Assembly (NCBI GenBank): GCA_964400475.1
Contig: CAYNTH010000005.1
Coordinates: 11,064 to 54,337, forward strand
DNA: 43,274 nt
Reading direction: 5' to 3'
From: an uncultured archaeon
GTDB lineage: Archaea > Aenigmatarchaeota > Aenigmatarchaeia > CG10238-14 > SCSR01
The translations under genes were made by a program, and so were the position numbers. Of the stretch, positions 10,055-18,235 are shown in pieces. Each line of letters starts with the position of its first letter. Positions within the stretch are counted from its first letter, which is position 1. A model generated the notes under the pieces. That model did not search any database. It was not told the origin of the DNA and saw only the letters and a program-made list of their open reading frames with translations.

Positions 10055-10456
10055 ATGAGATTGTGGTCCATACACCCGAAATACCTGGACAGTAAGGGAC
10101 TTGTTGCGGTTTGGAGGGAGGCACTGCTTGCGCAGAAGGTGCTGGAAGGAAAGACGAAGGGATATAGGAACCACCCGGAACTCGATAGATTCAAATCGCA
10201 CGAGCATCCACTTGCGGCAATAGGCAAATATCTGGAATACATACACGATGAATCATTGGAGCGTTCATACGAGTTCGATTACGGTAAGATTTTGGTGCAC
10301 AAAGAGGTTGAGAAGATAAAAATAAGCGAAGATCGTGTCGAATTCGAGGTCGAACACATGAAAGATAAGCTCAGAAAAAGGGATAAAACCAAATATGGGG
10401 AATTGTGTGATGAAAATGGTGTGGAATTGAACGAAATTTTCGTGATTTCGGAGTAA
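10055..10456 (+). CDS. Pyrimidine-dimer DNA glycosylase / endonuclease V-like protein
   Basis: MRLWSIHPKYLD.KGLVAVWREALLAQ.VL.G.TKGY.NHP.L.RF signature. Confidence 0.88.
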   Translation: MRLWSIHPKYLDSKGLVAVWREALLAQKVLEGKTKGYRNHPELDRFKSHEHPLAAIGKYLEYIHDESLERSYEFDYGKILVHKEVEKIKISEDRVEFEVEHMKDKLRKRDKTKYGELCDENGVELNEIFVISE

Positions 10457-10540
10457 AATGCCCTTTTTAAGTGTTTTGTCACATGATAAAGCATTTTTAT
10501 AGTGGAAGAGTATTAACAAGTATACTCAAAGTGATTTAAC

Positions 10541-10741
10541 ATGAAAACAGATCTAATAGACAAAATAGCATTAGCTCTGGTTGTAATCGGAGGATTGAAT
10601 TGGGGATTGGTCGGATTGATGAATTTCAATCTGGTAACATCCCTATTCGGTTCGATAATGTATCTTGATACAATCGTTTACAGCCTAGTAGGACTTTCAG
10701 CTTTGTGGGTAGCTTACTATCTTTCACAAATGATGAAATAA
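10541..10741 (+). CDS. DUF378 small membrane protein
   Basis: LVVIGGLNWGLVG..FNLV..LFG and IVY.LVGLSA. Confidence 0.9.
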   Translation: MKTDLIDKIALALVVIGGLNWGLVGLMNFNLVTSLFGSIMYLDTIVYSLVGLSALWVAYYLSQMMK

Positions 10742-10843
10742 AGGCTATCTGCGGGTTGAAATTTTACACATCCTTTCTTTTTCTTTCTTTTTTTAAATAG
10801 TATTGATATTTATGAAAAAATCAGAAATCAATCATATTTAATA

Positions 10844-11332
10844 TCATCCGAAATAATTGAGATTCTCAGTTTCTATGTCACCTACCATCTCTATCTGCCC
10901 GTATGTCTCCGGTTTTCCGTAATTGATCTTACTTATATCGGAAAAGACGGCACTTATACCATATTTGGCTATTTTCGTTGCAGTATGTTCAGTTCCAAAC
11001 GCCTTTTCCGAGATGGAATGTGTCAACATCTTCGTCTCATGTTCGTTCAGGTGACCCAGGGAATGTATGTATTCGTGGAGAAGTACATGGAATACGTATG
11101 AATTTATCAAATCCTTATTACCAGAATCCAGCACTTTTTGGAGCAGTGATTTGTTCATCACTATGAAATTGGATCCGACCTGATAATAAGCGCCTATCTG
11201 GTCCGGTAAGTGAGATAACCCCAATATTATGCCCGCGCGCCTCTTGTTGGTAATGGATTTCACAGCATCCTTGACCAATTTGAATATCTCCTCAAAATCC
11301 GAACATTTTTCCAATTTTTCAACAAAATCCAT
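10844..11332 (-). CDS. Putative zincin metallopeptidase
   Basis: HVLLHEYIHSLG (HExxH) followed by E..T. Family recalled from other archaea. Confidence 0.6.
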   Translation of the reverse strand: MDFVEKLEKCSDFEEIFKLVKDAVKSITNKRRAGIILGLSHLPDQIGAYYQVGSNFIVMNKSLLQKVLDSGNKDLINSYVFHVLLHEYIHSLGHLNEHETKMLTHSISEKAFGTEHTATKIAKYGISAVFSDISKINYGKPETYGQIEMVGDIETENLNYFG

Positions 11333-11404
11333 AGTAATCAATTTTTAGTTTATATACACACTAACCATATATTTAAAACTTGTGTCTATAATGAAAAGGA
11401 AGGG

Positions 11405-12022
11405 TCACTTTTCGCTCACACGATTAAAACGCCTGTTCACTTCTTCCCAATCCAATATTTTCCAGAAAGCGTCTATGTATTTACCCCTATCATTCCTGTA
11501 ATCCACATAATATGCATGTTCCCACACATCCAACACCATCAATATATCCAATGAAGGCACCATATTCTGGTTGTGTTTTTCTATTTGCATTATGATCGGT
11601 CTTTTGGACAACTTATCGAATGCCAGAACAGCCCAGCCAGAACCCTCAACCGATTTGGCGGCTGACGAGAATTCCTTTTTGAATTTGTCGATATCACCAT
11701 ATTCCACCTTAATGGCATCGAATATATCGTCTGTTGGCGCATTATCTTCTGCATTTTCCACAACTGGTTTTAGATTCTTCCAAAACATGGAATGAAGTAT
11801 ATGACCAGCGAGATTGAATGAAAACGCCTTCAAAGTGGCCTTCATATCAATTTCTTCCCCATTATTGCGAGCATCTTCCATTTCCCGGAGTATGTTGTTG
11901 GAATTATTAACATATCCCTGATGGTGACGGTCGTGGTGTATAGTCAACTGCTCCTCGGACATATGTGGTTCCAGTGCGTCTTTTTCAAATCCAAGTTCGG
12001 GTAAAGTATATTTTTCTACCAT
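11405..12022 (-). CDS. sod: Fe/Mn superoxide dismutase
   Basis: LEPHMS, HHDRHHQGYV, GHILHSMFW, GSGW and DVWEHAYY. Confidence 0.97.
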   Translation of the reverse strand: MVEKYTLPELGFEKDALEPHMSEEQLTIHHDRHHQGYVNNSNNILREMEDARNNGEEIDMKATLKAFSFNLAGHILHSMFWKNLKPVVENAEDNAPTDDIFDAIKVEYGDIDKFKKEFSSAAKSVEGSGWAVLAFDKLSKRPIIMQIEKHNQNMVPSLDILMVLDVWEHAYYVDYRNDRGKYIDAFWKILDWEEVNRRFNRVSEK

Positions 12023-12086
12023 TATTCATCCCCCTTTAACGATTATCGGAATATACATAACATCAAATTATAAGTAAAAAAGGTTC

Positions 12087-12149
12087 TCAGCATTCGCATG
12101 GAGAACATCCGCACACATTACATTCACTGGTTTTACATCCGCAACCCAT
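12087..12149 (-). CDS. Metallothionein-like 20-aa peptide MGCGCKTSECNVCGCSPCEC
   Basis: Hand translation gives 7 Cys in CxC/CxxC spacing. SD-like GGGATGA lies upstream and a T6 tract follows the stop. Same strand as the flanking ferritin-like gene and sod. Confidence 0.65.
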   Translation of the reverse strand: MGCGCKTSECNVCGCSPCEC

Positions 12150-12194
12150 ATATTTCATCCCATATAACTAAAAAATTGGGTGCTAGTGCACCAT

Positions 12195-12476
12195 CTATTT
12201 AGAAAGTTCTTCAACTTCTTCCCTGCCCTCTTCCAGCTCGTCAACGTACTCGCTGTCCATCTCCATCAAAAGAGCCTGGAACTCACCAACATGAGTCTTC
12301 TCCTCCCTGGCTATGTCCATGAGTATTGTCTTGAGTTTTTCGTTGCTAGCTGCAGCAGCAAGCTGCTCGTACAGGTTGATAGCGTCCAATTCGGCTATTA
12401 AACCCAATCTGGCTATCTCGAAGTCCTTCTTCTCATCATCGACCTTATCCAGGTCAATTGGGAATTTAGCTAACAT
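12195..12476 (-). CDS. Ferritin-like protein (encapsulin-associated Flp/EncFtn type)
   Basis: IAELDAINLYEQ...IAREEKTHVGEF...EG.EEV.EL closely matches the ferritin-like domain recalled from Thermococcales encapsulin fusions. Confidence 0.85.
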   Translation of the reverse strand: MLAKFPIDLDKVDDEKKDFEIARLGLIAELDAINLYEQLAAAASNEKLKTILMDIAREEKTHVGEFQALLMEMDSEYVDELEEGREEVEELSK

Positions 12477-12645
12477 TTAATCACCATTATAAATTATGGG
12501 TCAATCAATAATTACTTACGCAATATAACCATTTATGATAAACTAATTATAACACTGTTATAATTTAAATATTGTGGTGGTTCATTTCCTGTGCAATTTT
12601 ATCACTGGACAATCCTTAAATTTTTGTAGAACAATATTATTTGTG

Positions 12646-13017
12646 ATGAATACAAAAAATCTGACCCCTGAGGATATAAAGAGGTTCAAGAACATGAGCA
12701 GACTGGAGAAGATATCGATATATTTGATGGACGCTCTCCCGGTTTACGCACTCAACGGAGATATGTTCCTGGAACCGGAATCTGTCAGTTTGAACAGGGT
12801 AAACATATCCATCATGGAGTCACTCGAAGAGGAGAAGAGAATAGCACAGCGCAAATACGAGGAATACGTGAGTAAATACGGCAAATGTGAAATAGGTCCC
12901 AGTGAATTCGCAAGATATTTCAGGAGATGTTACAGGGACGGATTATTGAATGAAACCGAAATGGACGTGGATACAGCGGACGTAGTATCTGACACTCAAT
13001 ACTTTCTAAGCATTTAA
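12646..13017 (+). CDS. Hypothetical protein
   Basis: ORF with host-like codon usage; no motif recognised. Confidence 0.55.
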   Translation: MNTKNLTPEDIKRFKNMSRLEKISIYLMDALPVYALNGDMFLEPESVSLNRVNISIMESLEEEKRIAQRKYEEYVSKYGKCEIGPSEFARYFRRCYRDGLLNETEMDVDTADVVSDTQYFLSI

Positions 13018-13095
13018 AGAATAATACACGGGGTGCTCATAGGGTCACCTATATCCTACTAAAAATATTTTAATGATGGAAAACAATCCATATTT

Positions 13096-13356
13096 ATGGC
13101 TGAAGGTGACAAAAAGCTCGTAGGAAACGTAACACACTACTTCACCAATATAGGGGTCGCTGTGGTCAACGTAAAGGACATCATAGAAGTGGGAGATACG
13201 CTCAGCTTCGAGGGAGCGACAACCGATTTCACACAGAAAGTAAAATCCATGCAGATCGATAACAAGGACGTAGAAAAGGCGAAAAATGGAGACGACATCG
13301 GCATGAAGGTGAAGGATAGGGTGAGAGAAGGGGACAACGTTTACAAAGTGGAATAA
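13096..13356 (+). CDS. Stand-alone EF-Tu domain II-like beta-barrel protein (similar to the U32 peptidase C-terminal domain)
   Basis: VG.VTHYFT.IGVAVV, GD.L..EG.TTDF.Q.V.SMQI and G..IG.KV..RVREGD.VY. Confidence 0.8.
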   Translation: MAEGDKKLVGNVTHYFTNIGVAVVNVKDIIEVGDTLSFEGATTDFTQKVKSMQIDNKDVEKAKNGDDIGMKVKDRVREGDNVYKVE

Positions 13357-13410
13357 ACACGGGATTCGAAAGAATTTTTATCTGGATTACATATATTTCT
13401 TTAGAGTAGT

Positions 13411-14127
13411 ATGAAGATTGTGATTTCGATCGGTGGATCGCTGCTGACAAAGGGCTCGGATTTTTCCAACCCGGACAGCTACACGAAAAATTTCAACAAA
13501 TATGCGAAGATAGTGAAGGACATATACGATGACGGTTATGAGGTTGTGGTCGTGTGTGGTGGTGGCATACCAGCGAGGATGTTCCAAAAGGTTGGCAAAC
13601 ACTTCACGCGCGATACCGAGATATTGGACAGATTGGGTATAGTCGCAACTGATCTCAATGCATACCTGTTCCTGGCTGCCCTGAACAAGATAGAGGATGA
13701 TATCGTGTATGGTGAGGTGCTTAAGGACCCGAGCGATGTCGGATATACGAATCTCAGCACGAGCGGGAACAAGATAATAGTTTGCAGCGGGTGGAAACCG
13801 GGGTGTTCTACTGATTTGGATGCTGTACTGCATGCCAAAGCGATAAGTGCGGATATTGTCATAAATGCGACCAACGTGGATGGTGTTTATACGACCGATC
13901 CTGACAAGGACCCGACAGCGAAGAAATTGAAATCTCTAAGCTACAAGGAATTCGAGAACATAGTTTCCAAAATCCCGCAGGAGCCTGGGGAATACAGACT
14001 TTTCGACTTGAAGGCGGTTGAGATATTGAAAAGGGAGAGGATAAAGCTCGTCATAGTCGACGGCTCGGATCCAAACGAGATATTGAGGGCCATACAAGGG
14101 AACCACAACGGCACAACAATCTCTTAA
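13411..14127 (+). CDS. pyrH: UMP kinase (archaeal type)
   Basis: ISIGGS, VCGGG..AR, D.LGI.AT.LNA, PG.STD, NATNVDGVY..DP and GT.I. Confidence 0.92.
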   Translation: MKIVISIGGSLLTKGSDFSNPDSYTKNFNKYAKIVKDIYDDGYEVVVVCGGGIPARMFQKVGKHFTRDTEILDRLGIVATDLNAYLFLAALNKIEDDIVYGEVLKDPSDVGYTNLSTSGNKIIVCSGWKPGCSTDLDAVLHAKAISADIVINATNVDGVYTTDPDKDPTAKKLKSLSYKEFENIVSKIPQEPGEYRLFDLKAVEILKRERIKLVIVDGSDPNEILRAIQGNHNGTTIS

Positions 14128-14903
14128 TCCGAATCATATCCAATTTCCATATCCACATCATGGCCGGATTCCAAACCACCGCTAGTATACTGCCTTATCT
14201 TTTTCATCAGATGACTGACCCCATCCCTGGCACCATATCCGCCCATAAAACCGAATGCTAATGGTACATACGATAATGCATATGAGAGCGGCTTATACGG
14301 TTCCGGCAGGCAGTCTTTGACACATTCCACTGTCTCATTCATGTCGTATCCAAAAATCGTTCGAACAACATAACTAGAAACTATAATCGATTCCATTAGA
14401 CGCATTGGTGCCTTTCTACAACCGCTGTCTTTCAACATATAACCTGATGCAAAACTGGTGAATAATGGACCTACAACAGCCGATATAGCAGAATATAACG
14501 ATCCTTTGACAGTACCCCAATGCACGTAATCTGGCATTACGGTTACGACAGCGCTCCCGCCCGGGGAATATCTAATCACACCATTGCTCGCAGATTCTAT
14601 TGCGTCCGACAATACGGGGATTTCATAAATATCCGACATATATATCCTGCTGCTAGAAATAGCTGAATCGGAATGCAATAATTTGGTTGAGATATAATGG
14701 GATAATTCATGCAAATGGTCATGGATGTACGAACTCATGTACAAAAACGGTAGTTGTTCTAAAGATATCTTGATCACTTGAAATAAATTTTTACCAGTTA
14801 ATTCCTCTTCCAATCCATCGCGGATTTCGCTTAAATATCCGGACGATGAATCGAACAACCGCTTCGAAAGTTTTTGCAATGTTCTAACACCGGATTCGAC
14901 CAT
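14124..14903 (-). CDS. Membrane protein with HExxH, possible M50-like peptidase
   Basis: LHELSH, a later VGPL motif and GYD, with hydrophobic segments. Confidence 0.4.
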   Translation of the reverse strand: MVESGVRTLQKLSKRLFDSSSGYLSEIRDGLEEELTGKNLFQVIKISLEQLPFLYMSSYIHDHLHELSHYISTKLLHSDSAISSSRIYMSDIYEIPVLSDAIESASNGVIRYSPGGSAVVTVMPDYVHWGTVKGSLYSAISAVVGPLFTSFASGYMLKDSGCRKAPMRLMESIIVSSYVVRTIFGYDMNETVECVKDCLPEPYKPLSYALSYVPLAFGFMGGYGARDGVSHLMKKIRQYTSGGLESGHDVDMEIGYDSD

Positions 14904-15052
14904 AACAACATATGATAGCCGGATAGTATATAAATATTTCCCTTTTAACCATCGATAAGTGATAACATATTTCATCGTATTGTTGCATTGCAGAATAATC
15001 GAGATATGATTAAAGATATATAGATTTCAAATAGAATCATATTTTAAGAAAT

Positions 15053-15126
15053 GCCTCAGTAGCTTAGTTTGGTGGAGCATCACATTGGTAATGTGGAGGC
15101 CGCGAGTTCAAGTCTCGCCTGAGGCT
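15053..15126 (+). tRNA. tRNA-Thr(GGT), no intron, CCA not encoded
   Basis: Acceptor stem GCCTCAG/CTGAGGC; anticodon arm TCACA-TTGGTAA-TGTGG; T-arm GCGAG-TTCAAGT-CTCGC. Confidence 0.95.
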
Positions 15127-15315
15127 CTGATATCTATTTTGTACATGGACGATTCGTCCAACACCTCATCATTTTCATCGCCCCCAAGGTTCCATCTAAC
15201 ATTTACCATAGTCGGTAGCTGTTTGTAGCCATCTTGTACGCGAAATTGGCCTTCTCAACTTCCGTCTTTGGAGTTCCTTCCAATTGCCTGTATATCTTCC
15301 TCCTGCAATCCCTTA

Positions 15316-15978
15316 TCATATCCTCTTCCAAAGATTCAAGAAATCGAGCCATCCTTTGTACACAACGCCAGCTATGAATGCGATTCCTACGCCTAATATA
15401 AAAGCCAATCGTAAAATCAGTTCGTCCACATGACCGAATACATTAGGCAAAAAATAAAGCAAGGCTGATACTACAACAGCAGTTGATCCCAACACAACCA
15501 AAGGCGTCCCGAACATCTTTTTCTCTTTTTCATGAACAGCTTTAGATTTTTTTTCATATTTCTTCTCAAATTTACTAAAATACCGCTTACACTCTTCGTC
15601 TTCTAGCGCTTGGTCCATCCATAACGATACAGGCAACAAAACTACTATGAAAGGTGCCATCAAATAGGGGATATTACTGGTAACCATGTACTCGAAACCG
15701 AATGTGGCTATTAAAAAATAAGAAAGTTTAACTTTAGTATATATTTTCCCCTGGAGAACCCTGATCCCCAAAAGAACAATCAATAGAGGAAGCGACAGTA
15801 AAGCCACAGCTAGAGCGTAAAAGATAAAATCGTCGATATATGTACCTTCCCAATCAGGTACTTTTGCGAATTCCTGAGGTATTGCGAATGCTAACTCATA
15901 AACAACAAGCAACAATCCTATTGCGATTAGGGAATACCCTATAGTCGTAACTTTTCGGGGTCTGTTTTTAGAAAACAT
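15316..15978 (-). CDS. Hypothetical multi-pass membrane protein
   Basis: About 6 TM segments with a Lys-rich loop; flanked by a 10-bp inverted repeat. Confidence 0.65.
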   Translation of the reverse strand: MFSKNRPRKVTTIGYSLIAIGLLLVVYELAFAIPQEFAKVPDWEGTYIDDFIFYALAVALLSLPLLIVLLGIRVLQGKIYTKVKLSYFLIATFGFEYMVTSNIPYLMAPFIVVLLPVSLWMDQALEDEECKRYFSKFEKKYEKKSKAVHEKEKKMFGTPLVVLGSTAVVVSALLYFLPNVFGHVDELILRLAFILGVGIAFIAGVVYKGWLDFLNLWKRI

Positions 15979-16152
15979 TGATTAAATTTATACACCATTG
16001 CTTAAATATTAGGGATTGCATCTCGTGTCATGCCACTGGATTCTATATTCAGTGTTTCCATCCGCTCGTGTGCATGTGAATTTGGAAATACTTCAACTTG
16101 GACTTCTTCCATAATATTAAATAATGAGAAATACTTTTATCAGTTTTCCAGA

Positions 16153-16623
16153 TCAGTTCAATACATACACCGAATAATTCAAAACAGCCGCGAAAGTGAC
16201 CCAAATAATGTAAGGCACCATCAGATAAGCAGCGACTTCATCCAACTCGTAGAATTTATAGATTGTGTATGATATCGCCACCCATAATACGATTATCTCG
16301 ATTAGCGCGTAAAGTGGATTTCGTAACCCGAAGAACAATATCGACCAAAATGTATTCAAAACCAACTGAACAGCATAAACCCCTATAGCATCCCTGCTAT
16401 CTGAGGTGTCCTTCTCCCATATTATATAGGAAGCCACACCCATCATCGTATAAAGCACCACCCACACAGGACCGAACAGCCATCCGGGAGGCGTAAAACC
16501 CGGTCTCACTAATTGTGAATACCAAGTACCTATTGTATTGTAGGTGAAAATAGAACCGATAACGCCGGCCGTCTGCGCTATTATTATTGCTTTAACAAAA
16601 CCTATTAGCCGCTCTCTCTTCAT
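16153..16623 (-). CDS. tspO: TspO/MBR tryptophan-rich sensory protein
   Basis: WY..L.RP.FTPPGWLFGPVW..LY, QL.LN..WS.LFFG and PY..W..FA..LN. Confidence 0.93.
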   Translation of the reverse strand: MKRERLIGFVKAIIIAQTAGVIGSIFTYNTIGTWYSQLVRPGFTPPGWLFGPVWVVLYTMMGVASYIIWEKDTSDSRDAIGVYAVQLVLNTFWSILFFGLRNPLYALIEIIVLWVAISYTIYKFYELDEVAAYLMVPYIIWVTFAAVLNYSVYVLN

Positions 16624-16642
16624 ATGATCACAGTATAATTAG

Positions 16643-16712
16643 CCCCCATCAGGCCGCCCGATCAGTTAAAATCATTTGGTTATCATTAACTCTGACCGTC
16701 ATCATATGGGTT
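16643..16712 (-). ncRNA. Box C/D 2'-O-methylation guide sRNA
   Basis: Minus strand reads CCCA-U-AUGAUGA (C)-CGGUCAGAGUUA-AUGA (D')-UAACCAA-AUGAUUU (C')-UAACUGAUCGGGCGGC-CUGA (D)-UGGG. It has a terminal stem, a TTAAATA box about 25 nt upstream, and guides complementary to conserved rRNA. Confidence 0.75.
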
Positions 16713-16765
16713 AGTTAATAATTCGCATGGGTAATATTTAATTCTTAACAGGAGTGTAATTAATT

Positions 16766-17005
16766 ATGGCAGACGACGATAATGACATAAAATTGGGCGA
16801 GTTCAGGCTTAGGAAAGACGCTGTTTTGTTGATAAAGAAGACCACATGGAAGGGGGATGACAGGATAGATTTCCGTGTCTGGAAAGATTCTCCGAAATAC
16901 AAGGGACCGACAAAACAAGGATTCGTACTACCGATGGACAAGATAGACGATTTCATAAAGATGGTAGAGAATATGAAGGAAACGCTTGAAGAAGAATCGG
17001 ATTAA
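16766..17005 (+). CDS. PC4/YdbC-like ssDNA-binding protein
   Basis: WKG..RIDFRVW and GPTKQGF.LP motifs. Confidence 0.8.
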   Translation: MADDDNDIKLGEFRLRKDAVLLIKKTTWKGDDRIDFRVWKDSPKYKGPTKQGFVLPMDKIDDFIKMVENMKETLEEESD

Positions 17006-17277
17006 TCCATTGGAATCGAGTAGCTTGGCGTAGAATCCGAAATCTCTATGGTATCCTTGACAGCGCTACACAGACCGGGTGTGAGATAGCTGAACAGATT
17101 ATAACCGTATATGTTCGTTTTGCACATGGTTTCCCTATAAAAGTCTGATATCTTGTCCTTGTCGAAGTCGAGGTAATTCAATAAGTACTTACCACAACTA
17201 TCGAGTAGCCTGTTGACCCCATATCCAAGTAAAACTGCCCAATTCGATGCCTGTCTCAAGTTCATTACTATTGACAT
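17002..17277 (-). CDS. Hypothetical protein
   Basis: ORF only; its stop overlaps the stop of the PC4-like gene. Confidence 0.45.
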   Translation of the reverse strand: MSIVMNLRQASNWAVLLGYGVNRLLDSCGKYLLNYLDFDKDKISDFYRETMCKTNIYGYNLFSYLTPGLCSAVKDTIEISDSTPSYSIPMD

Positions 17278-17432
17278 TGTATTATGTTCTTACTCGAGCA
17301 CCGCTTTATAAGTTATACCTTTGCATTTCAATACAACAATATTTATAAATATCGGGATAACGCGAAAAATTCAATTTTTTCGGATATTTCGATGTGGAAA
17401 CATTTATATATCACTCAATGGTAGTGAATATT

Positions 17433-17942
17433 ATGGACATCACATACAGCGGACTGTTGGAAAAAATCGACGAGGGTAAATTCAAACCGGTTGAGGGATT
17501 CGTCGGCGGTCTTATCGAATATAGCATGGACAACCTAGAAACGCTCTCGATGAAACACGGAAAGGGACCGTACATGACCAGATTGAAATCACTGAAGTTC
17601 CATTCCGACAGCGGTGATACAATGATCCTCAGGAACCAGGACATGAAAATGGACGTTTATTTCAAAACATGGGGAAACAACGGGTATTTACACAGGGAGA
17701 AACACAATATAGGCAGTTATAGAGTGGCAGATATAGTGGTCGGGATGAACGAATTCAAGGAGAAGATATCCGAATTCAACGAACTTTTCTACAAGAGATT
17801 GAAGATTGTCAGTGGTATTGAAGAGCTGAATGGGAGTGTGTCAAAGAACGATATCTGGGAATCCGGAATTATGGGATTCTACGAGCAGATAGACATATGC
17901 AGTGAACTCCAGGAACTGGGCAAGGATATTTTTGGTGGTTGA
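17433..17942 (+). CDS. Hypothetical protein
   Basis: ORF with host-like codon usage; start uncertain (17394/17418/17433). Confidence 0.55.
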   Translation: MDITYSGLLEKIDEGKFKPVEGFVGGLIEYSMDNLETLSMKHGKGPYMTRLKSLKFHSDSGDTMILRNQDMKMDVYFKTWGNNGYLHREKHNIGSYRVADIVVGMNEFKEKISEFNELFYKRLKIVSGIEELNGSVSKNDIWESGIMGFYEQIDICSELQELGKDIFGG

Positions 17943-17944
17943 TT

Positions 17945-18235
17945 ATGGGAAAAAATGGTTTGAATAGGGAAGAAATGAAGCTGTTGGAGCTCAAGGCAAT
18001 GAACCCGTGCAACAACAGCCAGTATGGGAAAGTCGAGGATGTGGCTGATTATATCAGGACACTGTACATATCTGGTGATATGGGAAGGACATACATCAAA
18101 GACAACAAGTCTTGGGAAATGGCATTCGGTTTGTTGAGAACACTTGAACAGGACGGGAAAATCAGGTTACATTACGTGGAAGCGTCTGAAAACAACGAAT
18201 TCACGGGAACACCAACGTACGAAGTTATAGGTTAG
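17945..18235 (+). CDS. Hypothetical protein, possible winged-helix
   Basis: GGTGG SD overlaps the previous stop. LRTLEQDGKIR...GTPTYEV resembles a wHTH wing. Confidence 0.5.
   Translation: MGKNGLNREEMKLLELKAMNPCNNSQYGKVEDVADYIRTLYISGDMGRTYIKDNKSWEMAFGLLRTLEQDGKIRLHYVEASENNEFTGTPTYEVIG

Noticed and set aside
15053-18235. Integrated element at tRNA-Thr (or tRNA-Leu)
   Set aside because: I found no duplicated tRNA 3' end and no integrase or viral gene by eye.
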